In this document: positions 12,488 to 23,674 of the stretch, one piece after another
How positions within the stretch are numbered: the first letter of the stretch is position 1
How the letters are laid out: each line of letters starts with the position of its first letter
Source: Amphiscolops sp. MND2022
Lineage: Eukaryota
NCBI GenBank assembly: GCA_964187785.1
Contig: OZ076409.1
Location: 93,002,001 to 93,066,000 of the forward strand
Length of the DNA stretch: 64,000 nucleotides
Direction: 5' to 3'
Notes under the pieces: model-generated
Seen by the model: the letters and a program-made list of their open reading frames with translations, nothing else
What the model was told of the DNA's origin: nothing
The model's database searches: none
Translations under genes and position numbers: made by a program

Positions 12488-13673
12488 CAACATCAAAGAC
12501 TCAAGAGCGCAAGTTGACTTCCTGACGCTTCGAAAAGAACAATAATTTAAACCAAGATAAACGAAGTTTTGAGCTGAGTCGGCACAATGGCACCAAGAAA
12601 TTTGTTAATTTTTCAACTTTTTGCCTCTAGTCCTTTTTTATTTGCATTTTGACTATCAGATTTAAATGATTACTCAAACATTAACAAAAAAAGGAGAAAA
12701 AATGGCTTCTAATTCAACTTTCTAGTAGATTGGATTGGAACCGCCATACCCCGATGTTTTTGATCTTATCTGCCAATTAGTTATCAATTACAAATTTTAT
12801 AACTTCCGTTGCAAAAATTACTGAAAGTATGTTCAGAAAAAATAATTTGAAATAGATATACAAATGTTGATGCTAACTAGATGTAAAGATATGCTAATGA
12901 ATATGTAACGAAAATATTTACATATAACAACACTATAATTGGGCCCTTACATTTAGAAATTAACGTTTAATGTTAACTCGAAGCTGTGGTTTCAGTTTCT
13001 CATTTGCTTGCTCATTAGCTAAAAATTTATGAGTTGCTTAGGAATTCTGATATAAAATCAAAAATTCAGCTGCCGTTCCTAAAAATCCAATAAGTAGAAC
13101 ATCTTTCATTTGCCAGGAGTTACAGTAGCATTTTGAGTAATTTTCACCACTCCGAAAGGTATGTTTCTGACTATCGTTCTCTGAAATACCAACAAAAACT
13201 GAACCATGTATTTGTGATTTTCTGACACTAAAAATGTTCTGCCAGAGTTCAGATGAAAATATTTTCCATTTTGTCAAAAACCGCCCACTTTTCAAACAAT
13301 AGATTTAATTTCAATATAAAAATTCTGAACGTCGAGCTATCGCGGCACATTCTCAATGTTCCTCGGGAAAACGGCAAAAAATTTTAGCAAAAAATTATCA
13401 ACGAATTCGTTAATTACTTTTCGCTAAAACTATTTGCCAGTAATATTTTGCTGTTAAGTGAATTATTTCACTTAACAGCAAAATGGAAAAAATCGAAACC
13501 GTTGCTTTATTTTCTAAAAAATCCCGTGTGGTTTTGAACGCCTAACATGGGCATTTAGGGTCCTCTCAAAGGTTCTTCAGTTTTCCAATGTCGATTTATA
13601 ACTTGATTCTGTTTCAAGAATTCATTGCACACGCAAACAACGGGAGTCCCACCCTACTAAAATAAAGGAAAAA

Positions 13674-16210
13674 ATGACTACGAAGGAATCGGAATATGGA
13701 TCTCAAGCGGCCTTGCAGCAGGAAAAGAAAAGATTCTTGAAAGACATATGCGATGGTCTTCTGATGCTTCTAATGGTTGCTTTGGTGGGAGCTACTGTGT
13801 ATCTCTTCATAACAGTGTCAATGTTGAAGAAAGATGTTGACAGGTAAATTGTCTTTGCTGCTGAAATGCTCATGAAATTTCTGTCGGCTCGTGCCTCGAG
13901 TTCATGAATTGTCTGAGACGTCCAAAACATTCAAAATATCTGGATATGATATGGTTTCAACCATGAATTTGAGAATTCTCAAAAAGGCATCTTTATTGGA
14001 CGAGTTTGAAACGGCACATAGAGAAATGAAATGAATTTTCTTGAGGTGAAACAATTTTTAAACAAGTCGGGAATGGCCCAAGTCGGCGCCATATATAAGG
14101 CTCAAAAATAGCAAAAGGACTTCAAAGTGTCAAGTATTCTCTTCTACAGTACCCGCGTGAAGAAAAAATTGAAAAAAAAATCCGATTTTTATAATATTTT
14201 TTTCCGATTTTTTTTGGTCTCCGGTAAGTCGCATAGTGCCGAAAAATGTAAAAGGGGACCCTTTGGGAGTTTTTGAACATCCATTCATTTGCATAATAGA
14301 AAAAAATGAAGGGGGATCCTTTGGAGACATTAAAAAAATTGCGAAAAAAAGTCTCACAAAGCTGAAAAAACCTGAAGAAGCTAAATTAGTGTGGCAGTTA
14401 GTGGAAGCCAACTTATAAAGCTTATAAAATCTGTCACTTCGTTGGTCTTAAAAAAGAGAAGTCACTACTATAGTCTGCGTTTTTCTACGAAAAGCGCCGA
14501 CTAAAATAATTTGAGTTGGTTCAAATTCTGACATTTTTGGACGTTGTTGACCAATTTATCAGCTAAATAAAAAACTCAAATTGTAACAGAAATCTTTGAA
14601 TTAACATCTTGAAACTAAGTGGAACAAAATTCGATATATTCCATTGAATGGCACATCTCGTCCCAATTGAAATAAGCAGTGACAATTCACTAGGGACCTA
14701 TTTTTTTCTAAGAGGGTGACATTTTGGCGCAAATTGACGAAACGTCATGAAAGTTGTCTAAAGTTGAAACAGGATCAATTAGATTGGGGAAGTTTGAGAA
14801 ACATTTCAGCAATTGTCATTTTTTTGAGGAATGTCGACAATTTACCCAAAAATTTCAACTTTGGAAACCATGCCAACAAAAGAAAGGGTTTTTTTCAAGG
14901 GGGGTTGTTCGGTCGTTATCCCAGACTTAAAAAAGGTGTTCACAGAAAAAATTCGTTCAACCAATTAACCAATTGTATCAAAATTTTCAATGGTACTACT
15001 GAATTCCAGAAAAGGGAAAACTCAATTTTTGGCATAAAGCTACTTGATTTCACAAATTGCACGTGTTTTTTGAAACCGCCAGACCAATTCAGATGTTGAA
15101 AGTAAGGAAAGTTACCACCATTTTCACTCTTCCCCGCCGGGGATTATAATAAAAAATAAATAATTAGATAAATGAATGAAATAATTTATAATAATAAATA
15201 TATATTCTGAAACCCTTGCTGAAATATTGCTTGAACTTTTTCCACTTTAATGTTGCCAGTAACTTTTATTATGCTTTTCTCAAAACTTTACGGAGAATTT
15301 CAAGCGAAAATATTTCCCTGTTGTACTCGACTTTTTTAAGCTGCATTCAAGATTCATCAAAGTTTTGTGGCAATTTTGGCGGAACCTTACTGAATTTTCT
15401 AAGTTTTGTAAAAAAAAAGTACAGTCCTGGAGATGTAAAAAGTTTCAACTAGGGAAGGACATGAAGTTGGTTTTGATAAAATTAAATCTGCTTCGTGGTC
15501 GCCAGAAAATTTGTTGTCATGACAACAAATTTTCTGGCGACCACGAAGCAGATTTAATTTTATCAAAACCAACTTCATGTCCTTCCCTAGTTGAAACTTT
15601 TTACATGCTGCAGGACTTCGTCGTGGGAAATTTTGTCGTTTTAGAAAATCTACAGAAATTTCGTCGTTATAAATTTCGTCGTATTTATTAGAATTATAAA
15701 CGTTCACAAAAATATACTTTGATGTGTTCAATAATTTACTCATTGAAAAGAGATCTCAAGAACAAGATTCATTTGGACTCCAAAATTGAATCAAGAAGTT
15801 AATTGCATTCGATCAACTCATCAAGACACTTATTGAGCAACGGGATATTTTCAGTCCTGAACTATTTTGTCGACCAACTTTCAAAAAACTGGTCAAAAAT
15901 TGCGCAAAAAGTTTGAATATGTGTAGAAGCAATGTGTTGAAAATATGTGATAATCGAAATTCTCTATGAAGAATTAAAATTTGTTTTCGAAACCTTTTCT
16001 CTCAAAACCATAATTGACAGTAGTCAATAAAAAGCAAATATTGTACAATTAACGATAATTATTTGCGCTGATGAAGTTAGAGGTTTTAATTTCAGCATGG
16101 AAAAGGATGTGAAACCACTGATGGACGCGTACGCGGATCAGATGGAAATGATGGAACAGATGGGGGGAGGCATGGCGGGTTTGGAAGGGCTGGGGGGTCT
16201 ATATGGATGA
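13674..16210 (+). CDS. Two-exon host gene for a 94-aa single-pass membrane microprotein (exons 13674-13843 and 16096-16210)
   Basis: MTTKESEYGSQAALQQEKKRFLKDICDGLLMLLMVALVGATVYLFITVSMLKKDVDS|MEKDVKPLMDAYADQMEMMEQMGGGMAGLEGLGGLYG*. Donor AG|GTAAAT and acceptor TTTCAG are in matching phase 2. AATAAA at 16270. Confidence 0.7.
14061..14506 (-). mobile_element. HINE copy B (intronic, inverted relative to copy A)
   Basis: AACAAG...AAGTCGGCGCCATAT...AAAAGCGCCGACTAAAA, collinear with the reverse complement of copy A. Confidence 0.75.
15433..15606. repeat. 174-bp perfect loopless palindrome
   Basis: The arms pair exactly around the centre TCA|TGA (15519/15520) and extend imperfectly to ~15423-15617. 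Confidence 0.95.
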
Positions 16211-17049
16211 AATTGGAGGAGAAAACTTTTGAAAACATATTCGTGAAAATAATCAGCAATGGAGAAACCAATAAAATCTGATCCTGGCAAACACACTCAC
16301 CGCAAGTTCTCAGAACAGCCAATAATTTCAATCAACGACTGTTTTAACAGATCTCAACCTTTTTCCCATAACAGAAACTTTTCTTTACCCCTTAAAAGTC
16401 ATTGATATTTCCCATGAGAACTAATTTATTCTTCTTAAGGATTTACTTCTATATTTTGGGCTAGAAAGTGCTATCAAGAAAAGCGGTATCTTAAACTGAC
16501 AAAGTTTTCTTATCCCAACCGTTAAAACTCAAAGTTATATTCAACTATATTCGAAGTAATAATTCAACCTATCGACCAAGTATTTGTGAATAAAAGTTCT
16601 GTTATGTGTGATGTCCGAAACTCGGTAGAGGACAGATTGACCGTATACCACAAACACCGAAATAAATCTCAGCTTGTGTTTATCGATTTTGGGGAACCAG
16701 TTTTGGGGAACTTAAACATAGTTCGTACTTAACAGTTTGAAGCAGCCTAGGTAGAAATTTCAAAGATAAGAAATCAAGAGAAGTGTTCCATCAGCTTTGA
16801 GTTCCCTCGAAGTTTGTGGTCTACACTCTGGAAGCCTAAATCCTAACCAAAATAACATTTGCATGATTGAAAGCTGTCGCCTTTAAAGATAATCCAGGTC
16901 AAAACTAGACGAGTTTTTTACATGCAGCATTAAAGCACGCAAGCTATTTTTTTAAAAAAAACGGAAATTCAGGGACTCTGAAAAATAGGTACAACAGAAA
17001 CTTTCAGCTGGAAAAGATTTGAGATGAATAACAAAAATCATTGCAATGT

Positions 17050-17395
17050 ACAAGACGGGAACGTCTAAAGTCGGCGCTATATCCAAGGCTCAAAAAACGC
17101 CTGCAAAAATTTTTTAAAGCTGTGAAAGGGGATGACCCTTTGAGCTTTTTGAAACTTCAGTTTACTGGAAAATTTCAAAACATTTGAAGGAGGGACGCTT
17201 TGGAGACAAAAAAATCGAAGATGTCGCACAGTGCCGAAAAAAGTTCAAAGGGGGACCCTATAGTCCCGTCTGGGTTTGTATCTTAGGTTAAAATTGAGTA
17301 CACGAAAGGGGTGACGCTTTGTACTAACTTAGATCCGTTTCCGCCTGCCGGTCCAGTGGCAACTGGTTGACATCTAAAAGTGTTTCGGGGATAAA
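17050..17395 (-). mobile_element. HINE copy C, truncated
   Basis: ACAAGACGGGAACGTCTAAAGTCGGCGCTATATCCAAGGCTC followed by family core blocks; the distal end is missing. Confidence 0.65.
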
Positions 17396-17890
17396 AATCT
17401 AAAGCAATAACGTCAACAATTTGTTGTTTTGCATTGGTATGTTTTTCTTTGGACGGTATTGCTTATTAAAACTTTCACTATGAATCCGAATTATTTTTTG
17501 ACATTTATCATCAAACATTGAAAACTTTAAAACTTTGAATTTTTCAGGGAATTTAAACAAAAACGCTTGTAAAGCCTCTCCAAACATTCTTTTTTCAGTG
17601 TTCAAGGTTTTCTAAACATCTTAGGCTGAAAAGTTTAAATTTCACCTAATCAAAACGACTGATTCTAATATTCTGCTCTAGTAGTCTCTCAAGGAAACCC
17701 TTCAGGACTTTGAAATCATTTTTTTTGTTTTCCAAGACGAGAAAGTGATGAATATTAAGTTTTTCAACAGTTTGCGTGCACAAAACATTTTTGCCTCCGA
17801 AAAAATTTCTAGTGTTGCGAATTTGTTTGGCACACTTTCACACTTAGATTCTTTGTCTTTGTTCAATCTGAGACGCATCCAAAGTGTCCC

Positions 17891-18056
17891 GACGTTTTTT
17901 GTAACAAAAGAGTAGAACTTTGAAAGCACTATAGTTTTTTATCCAACTGTCTTACGGTTTATTTTCTAGAAAGCAAAATAAGCGTGGGACAGTTGGATAA
18001 AAAAACTGTTCTGCAAAGTGCTTTCAAAGTTCCACCCTTTTGTTTCAAAAAGCGTC
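17891..18056. repeat. Degenerate foldback/MITE-like inverted repeat
   Basis: ACAAAAGAGTAGAACTTTGAAAGCACT and TTTTTTATCCAACTGTC pair with downstream GACAGTTGGATAAAAAA and AGTGCTTTCAAAGTTCCACCCTTTTGT. Confidence 0.7.
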
Positions 18057-18794
18057 TTCCACCAAAAACACCCACATTTATTTTTAAACGTTGTGAATAA
18101 TTAAAAACTAAAACTTCATGTCTCTAAAACACATTGTAATTGAATTTCAATGCAAAGTGTTCAGCCACAATGTTTCGCACGGCAATGTTTTCCGAATGAA
18201 GTGGCAATATGTTTCATTTCAGTTAGGTTCCGGTTAGTTTCAATCATGTCAGTTATGATGAAACTAGTTTCAGACCTACTTTGTTTTCGAAATCTCTAGA
18301 CTAGACCTGAACTATTCTCTATTACCTCTGGGGACCAGCTCTGACAGACCAAGAAATTCGTGCTATACCTCTGGGGTGTCAACCCTTGAAATTGGGGTCC
18401 ATACTTGTTTCTCAGCCTCAAAACTTCGATAAGAGCATTTTAACAGAGGCTCAAACGAACTTTTGTGACGATCAGCAAAAACATCTCAAACAATGATTCA
18501 ACTTGTCACAATAGAAATCCCGAACGTTTGTCGGTGTGAAAAAACACGATTGTTCAAAAACGTCCTGCGTTTTGTTGGTTTTGGGGGAAAATTGATACTG
18601 GAGTCTGAAGTTCCCAGCTGTTCCAAAAAAAATTTTGAACTGGTGTGTATTGGGTCAGAATCTAAAGTTGAGACAACCCAGATTAACCAAAATGACTGAT
18701 TTTCGACAATTCAACAATGGCGTATTCTAGACAATACTTCCGGTTTCATGGCGAGCCTCATTATTTTCAAACTTGAACATTACATTCATGATGG

Positions 18795-19350
18795 TGTTAC
18801 GACACTAAATCGGGTCGTTTTGGGTTGAGTTTGTCCTGACAGATTTTGTGGGTGTGTAAAACTCTAACCTCATTCTTTGTTTCCTCTTCAATGCTCTCCC
18901 TAACATTTTCTCCTATTTTAGGTTTCAATAGTTTCAACATCTCCTTTGGGGATTCTACAAGAAGGCTCTTGATTTCAGAAGTGATTTCCTCCTTCAAAGA
19001 AGCTTTCAAACTCTCCAAAAGGCTATTTTCAAGTCTGGGGGATTTTGGTCTAGAAGGCCCCGCAATGCCTACGCCTTGGTCTAGATGACAATTATTTTCT
19101 ACTATTATCGGTGAACCTAAGCATTCACTAACACTTTCAGTGCTCTCCAGCTGATTGTTTCTTCTCTTTTAACTTCTTTGGTAGACATTCTGAATGAAGA
19201 GATCCAATTTGATATTTCAATTTCGAACTGTATTTTTCAACAAAGTTGAGAAAAAGCTTGAAAATTGAGAAGATTGTTGCACAACTGATTTTTACAGATG
19301 AGAAAGGACTAAGTCCCCTGATTATAGAGAAACAACATATTTATACACTC
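18795..19350 (-). mobile_element. Decayed LTR/gag-leader relic, possibly from a related Gypsy family
   Basis: Broken ORF from ATG 19188 (basic N-terminus, then GPSRPKSPRLENSLLESLKASLKEEITSEIKSLL coiled coil) ending at an LTR-like ...CGTAACA. GTCCCCT occurs ~125 bp upstream of the ATG; the intact element has it ~90 bp upstream. Confidence 0.45.
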
Positions 19351-19775
19351 CTAGCATCATTTGATCACGAGTAATTTCCTAATTTTCCTTGAACAATGAG
19401 TCATTTCCTGTATTTTCGATGAAAAAATCATCCTGTTCCCGAATTTGCGTCAACAATTCGTCAAATTTTAAGACACGACGTTTCTAATCTAGTATTAGTT
19501 ATAAAGCATGATCATGTCATTTCATTCCGGCGTCCTTTTGTTTCTTCCCAAGCAGGAAGTAGATATTACTTCAGTCTGTAAAACCGGAAATATTTCCCTG
19601 TTTTACTGCTCTGGTTCGTAGAAAAATTGACGCGGAGGTGGCACTGACCTGAACAACTAGTACCTGATTTTGAACTTTGACTTGAACGAATGTCATGACT
19701 AATATCTTTTAGTTTGAACTTTCAACGATGCTAAGAGGGAATAAGATCATCAAAGAGCGACAAAGTCTGAATTAT

Positions 19776-20385
19776 TGCACTTGACGAAGTCAATGTGCAT
19801 TGCAGTCCAGCTAAGTAAGTTTTTTTCCACTATTGTCAACTTCATAATGAGCGCCTTTTAGAAAAAGGCCAAAACCCCAGAGAGATTCGAACCTGCAGCC
19901 TCCCGATTGCACGGCATAGGTGTTGACCACTGTGCCATAGAGACGTTATTGAACAAAGTTGAACTGTTGAATATATACGCATGCGAATAAAATAAAATAT
20001 ATACGCATATTAAAATAATCGATGTCTTCGCCATGTGTTGCGAAGCACCGCTTCGCCTCTGTGTTCTACTTTTTGGTACTGTCAATTAATTGTTTTTGCA
20101 CATGACGAAGTCAATGTGCATTGCAGTCCAGCTAAATAAGTTTTTTCCCACTATAGTCAACTTCATAATGAGCGCCTTTTAGAAAAAGGCCAAAACCCCT
20201 GAGAGATTCGAACCTGCAGCCTCCTGATTGCACGGCATAAGTGTTGACCACTGTGCCATAGGGACGTTATTGAACAAAGTTGAGCTGTTGAATATATACG
20301 CATGCGATTAAAATAATTTATATACGCATATTAAAATAATCGATGTCTTCGTCATGTGTTGCGAACAACCGCTTCGCCTCTGTGT
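19776..20385 (-). repeat. Two ~290-bp direct repeats (period 321 bp), each with a tRNA-derived SINE-like head
   Basis: Minus strand shows A-box TGGCACAGTGG and B-box GGTTCGAATC at ~19880-19938 and ~20200-20259. Confidence 0.7.
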
Positions 20386-20692
20386 CCAATTTGGATTAAT
20401 CACACATTTTATTCTACAAAACAAACACGAAACAACGAAACACTGACGTTGACTGAATATTGAACATGACAAAGCCCCAAACAATTAACGTTAATATTGA
20501 TTTAAATAGCTCCTTGGGTATAAGCGCTCGTTAAGATTACTGATGTACCAAAACCTGCTGGCAACTGATGAAGTTTACCTGAGGTAGCGAACAATAAAAG
20601 TTAAAATTCCATTCGATAGTTTAGTTCATTTCTTGTCACGACAACATAACGACAATTCTAGTTTCCTTTAATATAATAGAACTGCAAGGTTT

Positions 20693-21165
20693 AACAAGAC
20701 GAGAACGTCTAAAGTCGGCGCCATATCTAAGGCTCAAAAGCGCAAAACATTTTTTTTGGAAAAAAACGTAATTTTTGAAAAAAAATTCTCTCAAAAAAGT
20801 CGCATAGTACCGAAAAATAAAGAACGGGGGACGTTATTAACATACATTCAGTTGCAAAATTTGAGAAAACTCGAACGGGGACCTTTTTGAGACATTAAAA
20901 ATTTTTTCGAAAAAAAGTCTCACAGAGCCGAAAATACTGTAAGGAGGGCGTACCCTTTGGTCCCGTTGAGTTTCTTAGATGATGTAAAAATACTACTTCG
21001 CAAGCTTTTGCGCCAGTATTTTAAATTTGCTAAGCAAGAATTGTAAGATTTCAAGATTGTAAGAACTGTAAAAGAAGTGGACCTTTCAGTGTGAGGCTGA
21101 AGAAAAAAAACAAAAAAAGGTCACTGCTACAGTCGGGCATTTTTCCTTAAAAGCGCCGACTAAAA
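20693..21165 (-). mobile_element. HINE copy D
   Basis: AACAAGACGAGAACGTCTAAAGTCGGCGCC ... AAAGCGCCGACTAAAA. Confidence 0.75.
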
Positions 21166-22520
21166 ATACAACACCATTATTACAAAATTAATCTCAACTT
21201 ACAAAATACATTTAGCTCGTTTCAGTTACGACCAGAAACTGTGACTTTCGTTCATACACGTCGAGAGAATTTCATTTGGATTAGTTCCTTGGGCGGTTTT
21301 AGGTTACCGGTGATTTGTCAGACGAAAGTTTGACGCAAATTTCAGATATCGCTTCATTTCTCTAGTTAGGTTAGCCGTACCCTAAACGTACTCTTTAAAT
21401 CAGACTTAACAGCAAAATATCCATTTCACCGCTTAGAGAGATTAGAGTAACTCTTTTGATTTCAACTAATTTTGCAGATTTACCTAATTTATCTAATTTC
21501 ATAAACTTGTCAACGTAGTGTTGACGTAATTTATTGGCAAACTTGGCAAGCCGTTTAATTTGACGAATTATTGACAAGTATTTTAGAGTGAATCTTTAAG
21601 TAGCGGCCAAGACCACGACGTAGCCATGGCGGATATTTGGAATGATTTTGCAACCAGCAAGGACGGAGTCGTGACGTCACTAAGCGGTCCTATCAACTTG
21701 TTTTCGTTATGCGACGTTACATGTACAGTATTGCTCTACTGCCGCCACCATCTTTTATTTACTTAGCGCTATATCGTTGTTTTAAATCAATTCAATTGCT
21801 GTTCCAGTGGAATTAACTAGCTTTGTTTTGACAAAGCGTAATCCCTTAACATGTTTTTCAAAGTAATTTTCATATTAGATTTGGTTATGTGCTCTTTCAG
21901 AGATAACTTTGTACCTGATTTCCATTTAGATAACACTATGATTTCGAACCTGAGACGCAGTTTCGGTTCAATTTTCAGGTACCGGATGTTCCTATTTTGA
22001 CGTGACAAAACCGTCATGCCGGAAATGGGTGAAATCATTTTGGTCCATTTAATTTCCTGTTTTCATTTTCGATTAAGATTCGCGCAACATAGACTTATAT
22101 TTTGTATTTTTAGTCACAGTTTATTTTAAATGCGATTACTAATGTTTGGAGTTAATAATTAAAAGAGCATTTGGGGAATCGCTGTCTACTGCCGTGTCTT
22201 CTTCCGATTCCGATGCGTTTGCAACAACATCCCAGACCGGGAGCGGCTGTGACAGATGATAATGATGATCATAATGATTCAATCATTCACAAGGAGACAT
22301 GATAGAAATTTAATCATGTTTTTGTTAACCATGGAATATTGTAGCGAGTATTTCACCAACAAAGAATCAGTAGTGTTCCATTGTAAAAACACTATGTTCA
22401 TAAAAAACTTTCAGAGTAACAAAATGAAATCAATAAAACGGTCAAAAAGTGATTTTAAACTATTTTGTTGAATCAATCTCATATGATAATTATAAAAATA
22501 AAATTTGGTACGACATATCA

Positions 22521-23674
22521 TTTTAGTCGGCTCTTTTATTAAAAAAAGAGCTCGACTATTACAGTCACTCGTGTTTTTTTTCTTTTTTGTTCAAGACAGA
22601 CTCTTGGCAACGAACGTTAACGTTTTGTTCAGTTTGCTCAGCCCGGATCCAAATTCATAAGACTTCCATGCAATCAATGCACGGAAGCATATGATCCGTA
22701 TGATTCCACACGGTTACATGCATGGAACCATGACCTACAGACCTTCCATGCAATTCCACGCAAGGAATCATATGATTCCATGCATGGAACTATATGATTC
22801 CATGCATGAAAAGGTGTGGAACGAAAAGCAAAATTTCAAAAATCTCAAAATTTCAAATTTTCGTTCTACTTGCGTGTCACTTTCCGGAAACAACTGGAAA
22901 TTAACTGGATTTGATTTGATTTGAACTGGAAAACGGAAAACGATACAATAAAACCGGAAAATCGGAGTGCTTCCAAACTGTTAGGTATAAGGATCTGGGT
23001 TTTAAGCTTCTGCAAACTATGTTTGCAGTTTGGAACCGAGTCCGGCATTTTCTGATGTGATTTCGGTTTTTTCTCAGATCTTGTTCCAGTAGTTCTTTCA
23101 GTAATTTTAGATGTTATTTTAGTGGTTCTTCCTGTAATTTTAGATGTTTTTTCAATGTTTTCGATATTTTCAGATGTCATTACAGTGGTTTCATTGGTTT
23201 TCCATTTGATTTAATCCGATTTCATGCCTACAATTATATAATTCCATGCGATTCCATATGAAACGGAAAACGATACAATAAACAGGAAAAGCAAAGTGCT
23301 TCCAAAATTTGAAGTAAAAGGACTTCGGTTTTCAGCTTCTGCAAACTATGCTTGCAGTTTGGAACCGTGTGCGACAACTTCGAATGTTTTTGTTAAAGTT
23401 TACATTGTCGGATCTTCCTATTCTCTCATTTCTGTTTATGTATTTTGGTTTTCTTCTCAACTTTGAGGCCCAACGGAGGCCACGTTCTCGTCGTGCTAGG
23501 AACTAAACGAATATCCGGGAAACGCAGCTAAGTTATTCCCTTCCCCCCTATCCTAATGTCCCTTTGGTTTTTTCAGCGTAACCTACAAAACCGGACGGGG
23601 GAACTAAAGGTTCCCCCCTTCGATTTTATTTGAGCCTTAGATATAGCGCCGACTTGAGACGTTCCCGTCTTGTT
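22521..23674 (+). mobile_element. HINE copy E, enlarged by internal CATG-rich sequence and a ~110-bp internal duplication
   Basis: TTTTAGTCGGCTC at 22521 and GCGCCGACTTGAGACGTTCCCGTCTTGTT ending at 23674. Direct repeat at ~22930-23040 and ~23260-23370. Confidence 0.55.

Noticed and set aside
15365..15743. Mirror-image ORFs with the same peptide on both strands
   Set aside because: An artefact of the perfect palindrome.
19880..19940. Functional tRNA gene
   Set aside because: A and B boxes are present but the acceptor stem does not pair; treated as SINE-like.
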